A stretch of 64,000 bases of DNA. It comes from Octopus bimaculoides. Taxonomy: Eukaryota. The notes under the pieces are model-generated. The model was not told the origin of the DNA and made no database searches. It saw only the letters and a list, made by a program, of their open reading frames with translations. The stretch spans positions 33,641,342 to 33,705,341 of the forward strand of contig NC_068990.1 in the NCBI RefSeq assembly GCF_001194135.2, written 5' to 3'. Below, one piece after another: positions 51,723-63,235 of this stretch (within the stretch, counting starts at the first letter, position 1; every line of letters starts with the position of its first letter). The translations under genes and the position numbers were made by a program.

Positions 51723-53224
51723 AAATGAAAACAAGATATAAAGTTTGAGCAAATAAAGACTGACTTACAAACAACTTAGGACTTGGTGCAGAGAAACCTA
51801 AAGATGGCATATGCATGGTAAACAATCTAGTCATTGTAAACATAAAAAGTCTGGTACTGATATACCTCTTATTCTATCTATGCCTCTCACCTTCTTCATT
51901 GATGGCCCACATTCGGTTATTTCTTGTGACATATTTTCCCATCACTATTCATTCTTCCTTAACCTTCCATGTGCACACTCTACACACCTCACACTAAACC
52001 TGATCTGTTTTTATAAAGAAAGACCCTGTAAGGACACACTCCTGCAAAAGCTGAAAGACATAAGGAAACTCTTACAGAACACCTTCTCTCCTCATAAATA
52101 ACAAACAATGAAAAATCTTCAAACTCTCTTGAAAGCTAGATTTCACAATCTCTGACCAACTTGCATTCCCAAAACTGCACCCACTAAAATGTACGTTTGC
52201 CTTGATTCCATCAGTAGTTGTAATGTTAATGGTGGTAAAATGTTAGTGAAATGAATCTAGTTAATATCTGGATATTTTTCTTAAATAATGATTGATTTTT
52301 GTTTTACTCTCTATCACATCTTTAAAAACCAATAAAATACCTAAGATCTAATTGATGGTAGCCTCTCAAGAAAGTTCAGGTAAGAGCCATAAGTGTGGCT
52401 AATTAACTCAGGATGGTGCTGCTGCTACACAAAGAAACAATCTAGATTACATCCAGAAGAAAAAGAATTTAACTGATTAGTAAAGACTCACTCACCAATA
52501 CACTACAAACAATAACTTACCAACATGTTGTTTCTTCTCTCTGTCCCTCCTACCACTACTGTATTGGTCTCTGCTCCTCACAAAACACATGCAACAGCCA
52601 CCCAATCATGCTTCTTATTTACTTCATCTCTACCATATTTTCTCCTACCACCACCGCCACCACACTACCTCTCTTAACACTTTACTCAGTCTTTCCTATT
52701 CGCAGTTCCCTTTTTACTCACATTTTTTACTCACGTTTTTTACTCACATTTTTACAAAATTGAACTGAAAATCAACACTGTTAAATTTCCCGACATGAGG
52801 AAGTGCGGAAAGCCAAAGGATATTGCTCCTCATCCTCATCCTCATCCCAGTAATTGGAAGTAAAAAGGAAACCATTCTAAGCAAAGTATCCAGATATTAG
52901 TAAAATCAAATAAGCAAACAATAAAATTAATAATAGCAAATAACAAGAGGACGTGTACAAGGAATGTATTAGTTTGACGTTCAATAAAAAGAGAGAGCTT
53001 TTGATGTTTCAAGCATAGCTCTTTATTGGGAAGGAGTGAAAGGGGAAAGACGAAAGAAGGAAAAGAAATCACCAACAGCACGTGTAGTTACATTCCAGAT
53101 ATTAACTATATTCATTTCATTTCACTAACATCCTACCTACATTGACATTACAATAACAGATAGAATCAGGGCAAACTAGACAAATGATGTGAATGTATTT
53201 TGCATCCCAGATAATACTAAATTG

Positions 53225-53543
53225 ATATTCTTTTCTACTCTAGGCACAAGGCCCGAAATTTTTGGGGAGGGGGCCAGTCGATTAGATTGACCCTAGTATG
53301 CAACTGGTACTTAATTTACCGACACCGAAGGGATGAACGGTAAGGTCGACCTCGGCAGGGTTTGAACTCAGAACGTAAAGACAGACAAAATATCACTAAG
53401 CATTTCGTCTGGCATGCNNNNNNNNNNCCCACAGGGGGCTAAGCATAGAGGGGACAAATAAGGACAGACAAAGGGATTAAGTCGATTACATCGACCCCCA
53501 GCGTGTAACTAGTACTTATTTAATCAACCCCAAAAAGATGAAA

Positions 53544-53550
<7 letters not shown>
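53225..53550 (-). mobile_element. SINE family B copies joined across a 10-N gap
   Basis: ttttctactctaggcacaaggcccgaa...gtcgacctcggcagggtttgaactcagaacg; after the gap cccacagggggctaagcatagaggggacaa. Confidence 0.8.
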
Positions 53551-53581
<31 letters not shown>

Positions 53582-53724
53582 GTTTCATGTGTGTGTGTGT
53601 ATGGCTTCACTTCATATGTATCCATGCCCTTTATATAGTTTTATTTTTTTATCTATTTTTATATATTTATTTATTTAGTTTTTTTATACATCTATCTCTA
53701 TTTCTCATAAGTATCCCAGGTAAG

Positions 53725-54345
53725 TGCATATATGTCTAAAAATTTGCATATACATGTTACATGATGTAATCAAGTCTTATCTTTACAGCTGTTTCAACTA
53801 ATCAGTTGACTGTTTGACATAACTCGACATATTATGGAAGGACGTCCAATACTGAACCAATATTGTAGGCGTACATAAAAGTAAAGTAAAAATATTAGCT
53901 AACAAGGTCCACATCAAAAGAGTCAGGCAAATAGCATGGAGAAGACAGTGTTTATAAATGTAAGTTCTATAAATAAGAAAGATACAAAGAGGGGTTATAG
54001 GGATAGGTTTAAAGATAGAGAAAGAGGTGAGATTGCTGAGGGTGGGTCAGTTACTATAAGATGTCAACTGTTGGCATAAGTTGTAAATGATGGCTATAAA
54101 ATTAAGAGTAGGAAAAGGAGCTAGGTAGGCTGATTCAAAGGAAACTCATTAATCATTAGCACACTAGGGATGGGTATGAAAAGAATAAAGACACAATTAT
54201 CAGATCATAAAAAGAAGCATTGTAAAGCTGTATCAGTCACATCAAGTACAAAAAGCAGTAATACAAATACAAGAAGAGACAAAAGTGCAGAGGTGAGACA
54301 GGAGATATGATGATGAACTAATAACAAAGAGAAGGTGAGGGGTAA

Positions 54346-54392
<47 letters not shown>

Positions 54393-54553
54393 GTACAGCA
54401 ATTTCCCTAAATATAGCAGAAAACAGAAGTGCAGCAGAGGATAGTTGGCATCACAACTGACTCACTCTCAGCTACCCCACCTCTCTCCCAATTCTGTTCC
54501 CTCCCTACCAGTATAACCCCTCCTCTACATCTATCTTTCTAATTTACAGAACT

Positions 54554-54585
<32 letters not shown>

Positions 54586-54850
54586 AACACTATCTCTCTT
54601 TGGCCATTTGCCTGATCCTTCTGATGAGAATATTGTGACTTTGCTGTGCAGAGCTATTAAAATCCATTCATACATTCCTCTTTGTTTCATGTATGCCTAC
54701 AATATTGACTGAATATTGGATTTTCTTGCACAATATGCATCGTTATGTCAACTGTTCATTGATTATCCGAAACAGCTGTAAAGATAAGACTTGATTACAT
54801 CATGTAAATTGTGTATGCAACTTTTCATATAAATACATTCCTTATACCTG
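53725..54850. repeat. Long inverted repeat: arms about 53725-54052 and 54455-54850, spacer about 400 bp
   Basis: Perfect 39-bp reverse-complement block at 53757-53795 and 54769-54807, plus clear imperfect homology along the rest (e.g. gcctacaatattg, tttgcctga, tataacccctc, aactgac(c/t)cac). Confidence 0.85.
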
Positions 54851-56121
54851 TTATTTGTCTTCCTACAGCATATTTATACATATGCTGTATGCACACACAC
54901 ACACATCATTCTCTGTTGAGCAGTTGAAATATTTCAGATATTCAATAGTAATTTTTTTATTATTCATTTTCAATTGATGTTCTTCCTAGTTGCAACTATT
55001 TATTATAATTTAGAGTAATTTCAACACAGCTAAGACAAAGTGAAAAAACAAAAGAAAAGTCTAGTGTTGACATGATCAAGATTGAGCCCTGAAGCTATGA
55101 ATCTTTTCTTCAACCACACCATTGTTAATGTGTGTAATTATGAAAATAAAACAAAATAAATGCAAAAATATTCGCCATACTTGTATAAGGCTTATCATAG
55201 ATAAATATATTTGACACTTTTACATTGATTTTTTTTTACCTAATAATATATATTTTTTATTTTTCATTTTTCAATTTCTTTTATTTAATAACGATATGCT
55301 TGCTAATAACAACAAATAAAATGGAAAAAAAAACAAACAATATTAGTAATAACAACAGCAACAAGCAACAATAAGATTTGAAAACAAACAAGATTTTGAA
55401 TCATTTTAAAAAAAGAAGATATTAAAATAATTTACAAAAATACAAATATCATTAGTGTTGGTTTTTTATTGTTTTTGAATTTATGTTTAAAATTGGTCAT
55501 ATTTTTGTTTTGTTTCCATTCATCTCCTCACAGAAAGCATGTTTAACAATCACTTCTTGCTGGACTTTAAATGTCATTCAGCTGACAGGTGTTAATTAAT
55601 GAGAAAGTCGAATGTTTTATGACATTGTAGACAGTAATCTAAGGCTTAGTTCCATCCACCTGGCCCAACACACATTATTAAGAATGTCTCTTAGACATTT
55701 TACCTCTCTCATGCAGTTAGCAAACAGCAAAAGAAGATTTATTTTGCTTTTCTTAAAGAATTTTTATTTGATTTTCATCTCAAAAGCTGCAAATGGAGGT
55801 GTGGTAGTTTTTTTAACATTCACTTGGTTGGGTTGACAAATTTACTCTGTACATGTCCTGGACATATGTCAAAAGACATATTTAGTCAAAACTCTCTAAC
55901 ACTTTTCCCTCTGTCTATACCTCTCTCCCTTTTTCTCTTGCACTCAATCTTTCTCTTTCTATCTATCTTTCTCTCTGGTTCATCTAGATACACTTGTCTA
56001 ACTTAATAAGTCCACCAAATATAAATATACAACATCAGTAGATAGATCTCTCAATGGTCTAATTAGTGAGACTACTATCAAATTATTAAGTCCACCAGAT
56101 GTAAAAACATAATATCAGTGG

Positions 56122-56440
56122 ACATTATTTACATTATTTACAATTGACGGATATTTGTCCTCATCTTGTTTATTGTTAACACAACGTTTCAGCTGATATT
56201 TATCAGCCGAAATGTTATGTTAACAACAAACAAGATGAAGACAAATATCTATCAATTGTAAATAATGTACATAATTCCTGATCTCTTAAATACAGAACTG
56301 TATTATCTAATCGGCACGGAGCTGACATGAGGCTTCAATGGAAAATTAGGAATGAGAACCCAGGTTCGAAATTTCCCCAAGACACCTGATGAAGACTGAT
56401 GAATGTACATAATTCCTCATCTCTTAAATATAGAACTGTA
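56122..56440 (+). mobile_element. Penelope-like terminal-repeat-derived insertion with 68-bp inverted arms and hammerhead pieces
   Basis: Arms 56131-56198 and 56201-56268 are reverse complements (7 transition mismatches). atgtacataattcct(g/c)atctcttaaata(c/t)agaactgta is duplicated. gacacCTGATGAagactga is at 56381-56399 and tcagccGAAA at 56203-56212. Confidence 0.7.
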
Positions 56441-56609
56441 AAATATCAGTGGATACACATTTCACTGGTATAAGTGCTGAGACTGTTGCCTCACTAGTAA
56501 CTCAACCAGATATAAATATCAAACATCAGTGAATGCATATTTCAATATTCTAATTTTGAGAATTCTATTTAACTAATATGTCCACCAGATATTGATATAT
56601 AACATCACT

Positions 56610-56827
56610 AAGATAGTGAGCTGCCAACCTCATTACCACACTGGTCAATATGCTTAGCAGTACTTTGTCTGATGTGCTAACAATTCTGAGTTCTAATTTT
56701 GCCAAGGTCGACTTTGTCTTTCATCTTTTTGGGGGTCAATAAATTAAGTACTGGTTGAGCACTGGGTTCAATCTAATCGACCTATTCCTCTCCAAAATTG
56801 CTGGCCCAGGGCTAAAAGTTGGAAGTA
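56610..56827 (+). mobile_element. SINE family B inserted in the 80-bp array, possible 13-bp TSD
   Basis: taagatagtgagctgcc...ctgagttctaattttgccaaggtcgactttg; atatat(a/g)acatca occurs on both sides. Confidence 0.7.
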
Positions 56828-57159
56828 ATATATGACATCAGTAAATACATATTTGAATGATGTATATGCTGAGATTACTGTCTAACCACAAACTCCATCA
56901 GATGAAAATATGTAATATCAATAGATACTCTAAGTGCTGAGTCTTCTGATAGTTTCATTTAATTCTCAACTGAGTTTAAGTCTTCTTTTGATCCTGGATG
57001 AAGTCACTCTAGTATGTTATCCTAAGCAAAGCTTGAAATTATCAATATCAATCAACAATTAAATCTGCACATGAGTGTCTGTGTGAGTGTGTGTGTGTGT
57101 CCATGTGCATGTGTGCATGTGTGAGTGTGTGTTATTCAAAAGTCTGATTCAAATTCTTT

Positions 57160-57380
57160 TATTTACTTTTTTACTTGTTTCAGTGACTTGACTGTGGCCA
57201 TGCAGGAACACCACCTTTTAGTCAAGCTAATCGACCCCAGAACTTATTCTTTGTAAGCCAAGTACTTATTCTATTGATCTCTTTTGCCGAACCACTAAGT
57301 CACGGGGATGTAAACATACCAGCATTGGTTGTCAAGCGATGTTAGGGGGACAAACACATATACATACACACATATATACA
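57160..57380 (-). mobile_element. SINE family A, 3' half, running into a gap
   Basis: ttttacttgtttcagtgacttgactgtggccatgcaggaacaccacc...gggggacaaacacata. Confidence 0.85.
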
Positions 57381-57737
57381 TATATATATATACATATATA
57401 TATANNNNNNNNNNNNNNNNNNNNNNNNNNNNNNNNNNNNNNNNNNNNNNNNNNNNNNNNNNNNNNNNNNNNNNNNNNNNNNNNNNNNNNNNNNNNNNNN
57501 NNNNNNNNNNNNNNNNNNNNNNNNNNNNNNNNNNNNNNNNNNNNNNNNNNNNNNNNNNNNNNNNNNNNNNNNNNNNNNNNNNNNNNNNNNNNNNNNNNNN
57601 NNNNNNNNNNNNNNNNNNNNNNNNNNNNNNNNNNNNNNNNNNNNNNNNNNNNNNNNNNNNNNNNNNNNNNNNNNNNNNNNNNNNNNNNNNNNNNNNNNNN
57701 NNNNNNNNNNNNNNNNNNNNNNNNNNNNNNNNNNNNN

Positions 57738-57778
<41 letters not shown>

Positions 57779-58037
57779 TAGATAGATAGATATATGCATA
57801 TATCCATACATATATGTACATGCCTACATCTACATGTATACATGCATATATGGGTACAGGACATCAAAAAAACGTTAAACACAATGAGAAACGAAAAATG
57901 AAAACAGAAAATGAACTTTTTTCGAACAACGAAAAAAACTGGAGAAACGAGACATGCAACATAAAGAGTATATCCCTTCGTCTGTTGCACCTGTCCATCT
58001 ACTCTGCGTTTCGAAGGCAAGGACAATATATAAATAT

Positions 58038-58079
<42 letters not shown>

Positions 58080-58671
58080 TATATACATATATATTTGTTG
58101 CAAAAAAAAAACATTACTTGAGCAAAATAGTCTTTTTGCATAGAGCAGATAAAAAACTCTAAACTACAGTTCACTCTTTATGATTCCACAGCAGGATTGT
58201 CGCAAGAAACTTTACAGAACCTTTATAACCACTCCTCTTCAAGTAAGATGGTTCTGTAAGCAGTACCATTGCTAATATAATCATAATATTTTCGGTCATC
58301 TTTACTTGTAATTCCACACTACACAACAAAATATCACTTGAATTCACCTCCCTTCTAAGTTTACTTTCTAACTGTAATTATTTTTTTTGTAAATTCTGGT
58401 TAGTTCACCACGTAACCACAGTTATGATAATATAGCTATTACATCAAGCAGTATATTCCAAAGCAAGCTCAGGTCTTCATTAAACTTTATGATATTTTTC
58501 TGTCTATGAGAGTATATCACAATCTTTAGAGGCACATTACAAGGTCAGTCACATCTCTAAGAAAAGCAACAAATCTCTCTAGCACTGCTAGAAATCTTCC
58601 TTTTGTATACACTTTCCATATTTCAAAGTTGTATCTGTTCTTCTGTGTCACACATTAATGTTCTCTCACTT

Positions 58672-58800
58672 TTAGGAACTTTTGACAAAAGCAATCTTGT
58701 GTATCCTCGACATCAGCAAAACCTTTGACCATGTTTTACTTGAGAATCTCCAAACAAAGGCATTCCACTATGAGCAGTCACTGTCTATCTATAAGATACA
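58672..58800 (+). mobile_element. CR1/Jockey-like RT fragment
   Basis: AILCILDISKTFDHVLLENLQTK (cf. LDISKAFDRVWHENL..K). Confidence 0.6.
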
Positions 58801-58871
58801 ACAGTACACTACATTTCTGTATTCCTCTCCTGTTTTAAATAGAATAACTGTCACACACACACACACAGGAG

Positions 58872-59106
58872 TAAGGCGGTGAGCTGGCAGAAACGTTAGC
58901 ACGTCAGGCGAAATGCTTAGTGGTATTTCGTCTGCCGCTATGTTCTGACTTCAAATTCCGCCGAGGTCAACTTTGCCTTTCATCCTTTCGGGGTCGATTA
59001 AATAAGTACCAGTTACGCACTGGAGTCGGTATAATCGACTTAATCCATTTGTCTGTCCTTGTTTGTCCCCTATGTGTGTAGTCCCTTGTGGGCAGTAAAG
59101 AAATAA
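58872..59106 (+). mobile_element. SINE family B, full length and young
   Basis: taaggcggtgagctggcagaaacgttagcacgtcaggcgaaatgc...gtgggcagtaaagaaataa. Confidence 0.9.
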
Positions 59107-59299
59107 CGCACGCATTCCCACATTCTGGATCACATGCTAAAACAGCCATTCAAATGATTAGCAACATTTCACCTACACCAACATAGCATGGCTTCTCTCT
59201 CTTTGTCTTCTAGCATTACTTCATAGGTTGCTGCTCCTCTCAACTAGCAATATATAGACATCACCCTACACCCATCCTTTGCCCATCCTTACTGTGTCT

Positions 59300-60260
59300 C
59301 ACCACAAAAGAACCTCTGTATTTAGCTCTACTCCCACGTATTCAGTTACAAAACTCATATCAACACTAAGTAATGATACACTCCCATTGGTATTATGTAA
59401 TAACACACCACCACCATTTCTATAACCACATTCCACAAACAAAATCATGTGACTATATCTTATTGGTATTATGTAATTACATAATACCATCACCAACATT
59501 ATGTAACTACACTATCACTAACATTATGTAACTCTCACTACTACCAACATAACTACTCCCTATCATTATTGCATCATCACACTCTATCACTTTCATTATA
59601 TAATAATAACCTCTTGCTACCATCATCATGCTATAACCACACTCAATCACTAAGATAACCACACCTACTATATATATATTATATATAACCACATCCTATC
59701 ACTGACATTATATAACCACACCTACCATTATCATAAAACCACACCCTAACATTAACATTATATTAGCCACATCCTACCAGACATTATATAACCACATCTA
59801 CAGTTATCATATAACCACACCCTAAGAGTAACATTATGAGTCACATCCTGACACTGACATTAGATAACCACACCCTCTCACCATCAACATAATGACATCC
59901 TACCATTTACATTATATAACCATACCCTAACACTAAATTTCTATACCACACCCTACTATTAGCACCATATAACCTCATCCTAACACATAATATAACTATA
60001 CCCAACTACCAACATCATATACCCACTCCCTATCACCCTCGTTATTTAATTACATCCTACCACTGCCTTTTCTCTTGACACTATGGTAAAAATCTTCCTA
60101 CCAGCAACATAGACTCACATCCTGTCATCATCATTACAGAGCTATACTCTACCACCAATAATATGTATCTACACTCTACCACCAATATATAACCATACCA
60201 CCACACCCTACAATCACCTTTTATATAACCACACCCAGCAACAATGCTATGTAGCCACAG
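59300..60260. repeat. Highly degenerate C/A-rich minisatellite, unit about 25-30 bp (ataaccacaccctaacattaacattat-like)
   Basis: Recurring tataaccaca(c/t)c(c)ta motif; the plus strand is strongly depleted of G. Confidence 0.8.
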
Positions 60261-60544
60261 TGCTTGGCTGGAGTATTGAAGAGAACAATGATAATGTATA
60301 TACCTGTTTCTGAGTTACTCTGAACTATGGAGTAGGAGTGTTTGGGTGAAGTTATGTTTTAGTTGATTGTGGGTGGAGATGGAATACCAGGAGGAGGAGT
60401 TTTGGGGAAAAAGTGTAATTAAACCAAGGATGATGCAAAGAGAGGAACCAGTTGTGCCAAATAGGTTTTGGAAGATGTAGTGCTTTGCAGAGATGTGGTT
60501 TTTGACTCAGAATGTGTTGGAAAAGCATAGAAATACATGATTAA

Positions 60545-60690
60545 ATAATAGTTTCAAATTTTGGCACGAGGTCAGCAATTTCAGTGAAGGGGTAAGTCGA
60601 TTACATCGACCCCAGTGTTCAAACGGTACTTAGTTTATTGACCTTGAAAGGATGAAAAGCAAAGATGACCTTGGGCTGTTAGTTTTAAAC
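60545..60690 (-). mobile_element. SINE family B, 3' part
   Basis: gtttcaaattttggcacgagg...gtcgattacatcgaccccagtg...gaaaggatgaaaagcaaagatgacc. Confidence 0.75.
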
Positions 60691-61874
60691 ACGGATGGTC
60701 TATATATAGTTGACCATAATGTATAATTCTTTTACTCTGCATGAGAGAGAGAGAGAGATAGATACACACACACACAAACACATACATACACAGAGAAAAA
60801 GACAGAAAGAGATTTTGCATACAGCAGATATATGTTTAGGTAGGAAAGTATTTGATGTTTGCAAGAACAAGATTTGTAGGAACAGAAGAATAAGCAAATG
60901 AACAAAGTTAAAAGACAGCAGAGTAATTAAAGAAATGCAATCCTTTAATAAACCTTACATATATATTTATAACTCAATCTATATGGAATTGTTTTTTTTT
61001 TTTCGTTTTTTTTGGTTTCACTTAATACAAACATGTATCTAAGTTCACTTTACTGATTGGAATCTATTCATGAAAATTGAGAGATTTTGTTCAGTTGACA
61101 GTAATACAAGTTGTGATCAGTCTTGCAGTAAATATGTCCATTCCACCACAGCAGAAATGTATGCCTCAGCTCACAGATATTTACATATGCTCATCACAGT
61201 AGTTGTCACTTTTGTAATCTTATTCTTCACAAAACTGATACAAATGTTTCGATGTTGTTTCTATTCTGACCAAGTGAGTTATTCACCAAATGAAAACTAT
61301 AATAAACAGACATGTCATGCTTGTAATCCTACTTGAAATAAGACAAAATGAATATTCCTATCTACATGTAATATAACAGAAGTGGAAAAACTGAGTATTG
61401 CTATATTATTATTACTGTGTTTCGTTTTTAGATTTGGTTTGCAAGATTCTTCATGTGAGTTTGTGTGTTGAAGCATATTCTGTTGTTTCTGGGGAGAGTC
61501 ATTCTCTTTTAGTGTCTTATAATTTAACATACTCACAGGTAAAATTACCACTTATTTATTTCTTATTTTTCAAAAATTTTCGCTACGTCTTGCAACCTAT
61601 TCAGCAGTTTCGACTGTCCATTATTCACACTGCGTTCTTTTTGTTTGTTTGCGTGCATGTGTGTAGGTTAGTGTGTGTGTGTGCATACACATGTACGTAT
61701 GTATGTATGTATGTATGTATGTATGTATGTATGTGTATGCATGTATCTCTGTGTGTGCATATGTATATATGTATGTGTGTGCATTTGTATGTATGTATTC
61801 TGCATATTCATGTGTTTGCATGTTTGTATTTAAAGAAGAGTATTTCTAAAATAAAAAGGGTGAAGTGTAATGAG

Positions 61875-62212
61875 TAAACACCCCCTTCGGTCAGGAATGA
61901 CCGTGGGATTGCACCTAGAAAGTTCTCCTCTGAGGCAAAAGTCTGAGCAGGGTTGTTTATGGAAGCCTAGCAGTTGCCCATGCATAACAACCTCCCCTTT
62001 CCACACCACCAATGTTATCCATGGGAAAGGCAAAGGCTGATACAGCTTGGCACCAGTGATATCACAATTCCTTTCTACAGCTGAGTAACCTGAAGCAACA
62101 GAGAATAAAGAGTCTTGCTCAAGAACACAGCACACAGCCTCAGTCTGGGAATCGAACTCACTACCTCACGATTGTGAGCCTGATGCTCTAACCACTGAGC
62201 CATACACCTTCA
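61875..62212 (-). mobile_element. SINE family C (long subtype)
   Basis: Homologous to the 13841 and 15185 copies; tRNA-like head at the right end. Confidence 0.88.
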
Positions 62213-62879
62213 CATTTCTTTAATGCAATAGTAGTAAAATGAAAATTCTTGTAATAGCAATAAAAAAAAGTACTCCTTTAATACTCGGATATATTCAAAG
62301 AAGCCAGCGCTTTTATCCAGAATTAAGCAAGTTATTAAAAAATATCTCTTCATAGTTAGAATATTGGTTTGCCTCAGGTTACACAATGAACAATGACTCA
62401 GCATGACTAGGCATCAGTTGAAGGTTTAATGTTTATATATTATATGTAAGATAAAGCAATCAGGCAGAGTCTGTCTCAGCTACAGCTATGTAACTGTACT
62501 TCTGATTAATGCAGTAAATGACATTGTCCTGTGGTATCTACCTACCCCTAAGGTACATTGAACCAGCCAGAAACTATTGACTTGCAGGCTAGCAACCTAG
62601 TTCATATGTTATCACAAATTAATGACCAGTAAACTTGTATGTCCAACTTTTAGATAGTTTCAATTTGAAATAAACAGAGACATAAATTGAAGTGTTATTT
62701 CCTAAAAGCACAAAATATCTGTATCTGAACAGGCACCAGACAAGACATTAGTGATGAAAAGAAGCTCTTGTCTTTTTACTTCAGTCACCATTATTTCAAT
62801 AATATTGTAGCAAGGCTTTGGCTGTATCTGAACTACCTTGCATTTATTTTATTTATCATAGCTAGGTTCCAGCCTGGAC

Positions 62880-63235
62880 CACAGCAACAAACTCAACCTG
62901 CCACACTTCTCAGTCTATCATCACTGCCTTGAAGTCCTGGATACATTCCAAGCCAGTGTCTGCAATCAAGTTGTCAATGTAAGTGTGACGATATTTTCCT
63001 CTTCTTACATCACAATGAAGTGGGTTCCACAAGACTAATTTGGATGCTTCCAGCCCAGGATGGTGCACACAGTGACCAGATAGTTGCAGCTGCCTTTGCT
63101 TGATCTTCTTATTAAATTTTGACATGTCTCCATAAAGGCATTCATTTGTCATATGTTGCTGCCATTTCACATTTAAGGCTATTTGTAGTGTCCTTGTATA
63201 GCATCCATATAGCCAGTTTGCATGCACTTACAGCT
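62880..63235 (-). mobile_element. RTE-X-like LINE ORF2 C-terminal remnant
   Basis: LYGCYTRTLQIALNVKWQQHMTNECLYGDMSK...QLQLSGHCVHHP..EASKLVLWNPLH...RRGKYRHTYIDNLIADTG matches the RTE-X LDGCYTRMLR.ALN..W..H.TN..LYG...RLAGHC.RH...VLW.P pattern. Confidence 0.8.

Larger units (their letters stand above)
56005..56945. repeat. Degenerate tandem array of about 80 bp interrupted by two insertions
   Basis: tcca(c/t)ca(g/a)at anchors at 56011, 56091, 56502 (tcaacc), 56581 and 56894, with recurring aaatat..acatcagt...gctgaga motifs. Confidence 0.7.

Noticed and set aside
52712-52770. Three tandem gtgagt donor-like sites (13-bp repeat) after a 17-nt micro-exon candidate on the minus strand
   Set aside because: Simple short tandem duplication in a repeat tail; the peptide is uninformative.
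58192-58242. 51-nt plus-strand exon candidate (ccacag|...CAA|gtaaga)
   Set aside because: Two frames are open with no recognisable homology; chance-level splice match. The same applies to candidates at 2230-2274, 30126-30158 and 49718-49789.
3024-62212. tRNA-like A/B box sequences as tRNA genes
   Set aside because: All run into SINE cores and tails; no complete cloverleaf or acceptor stem is evident.
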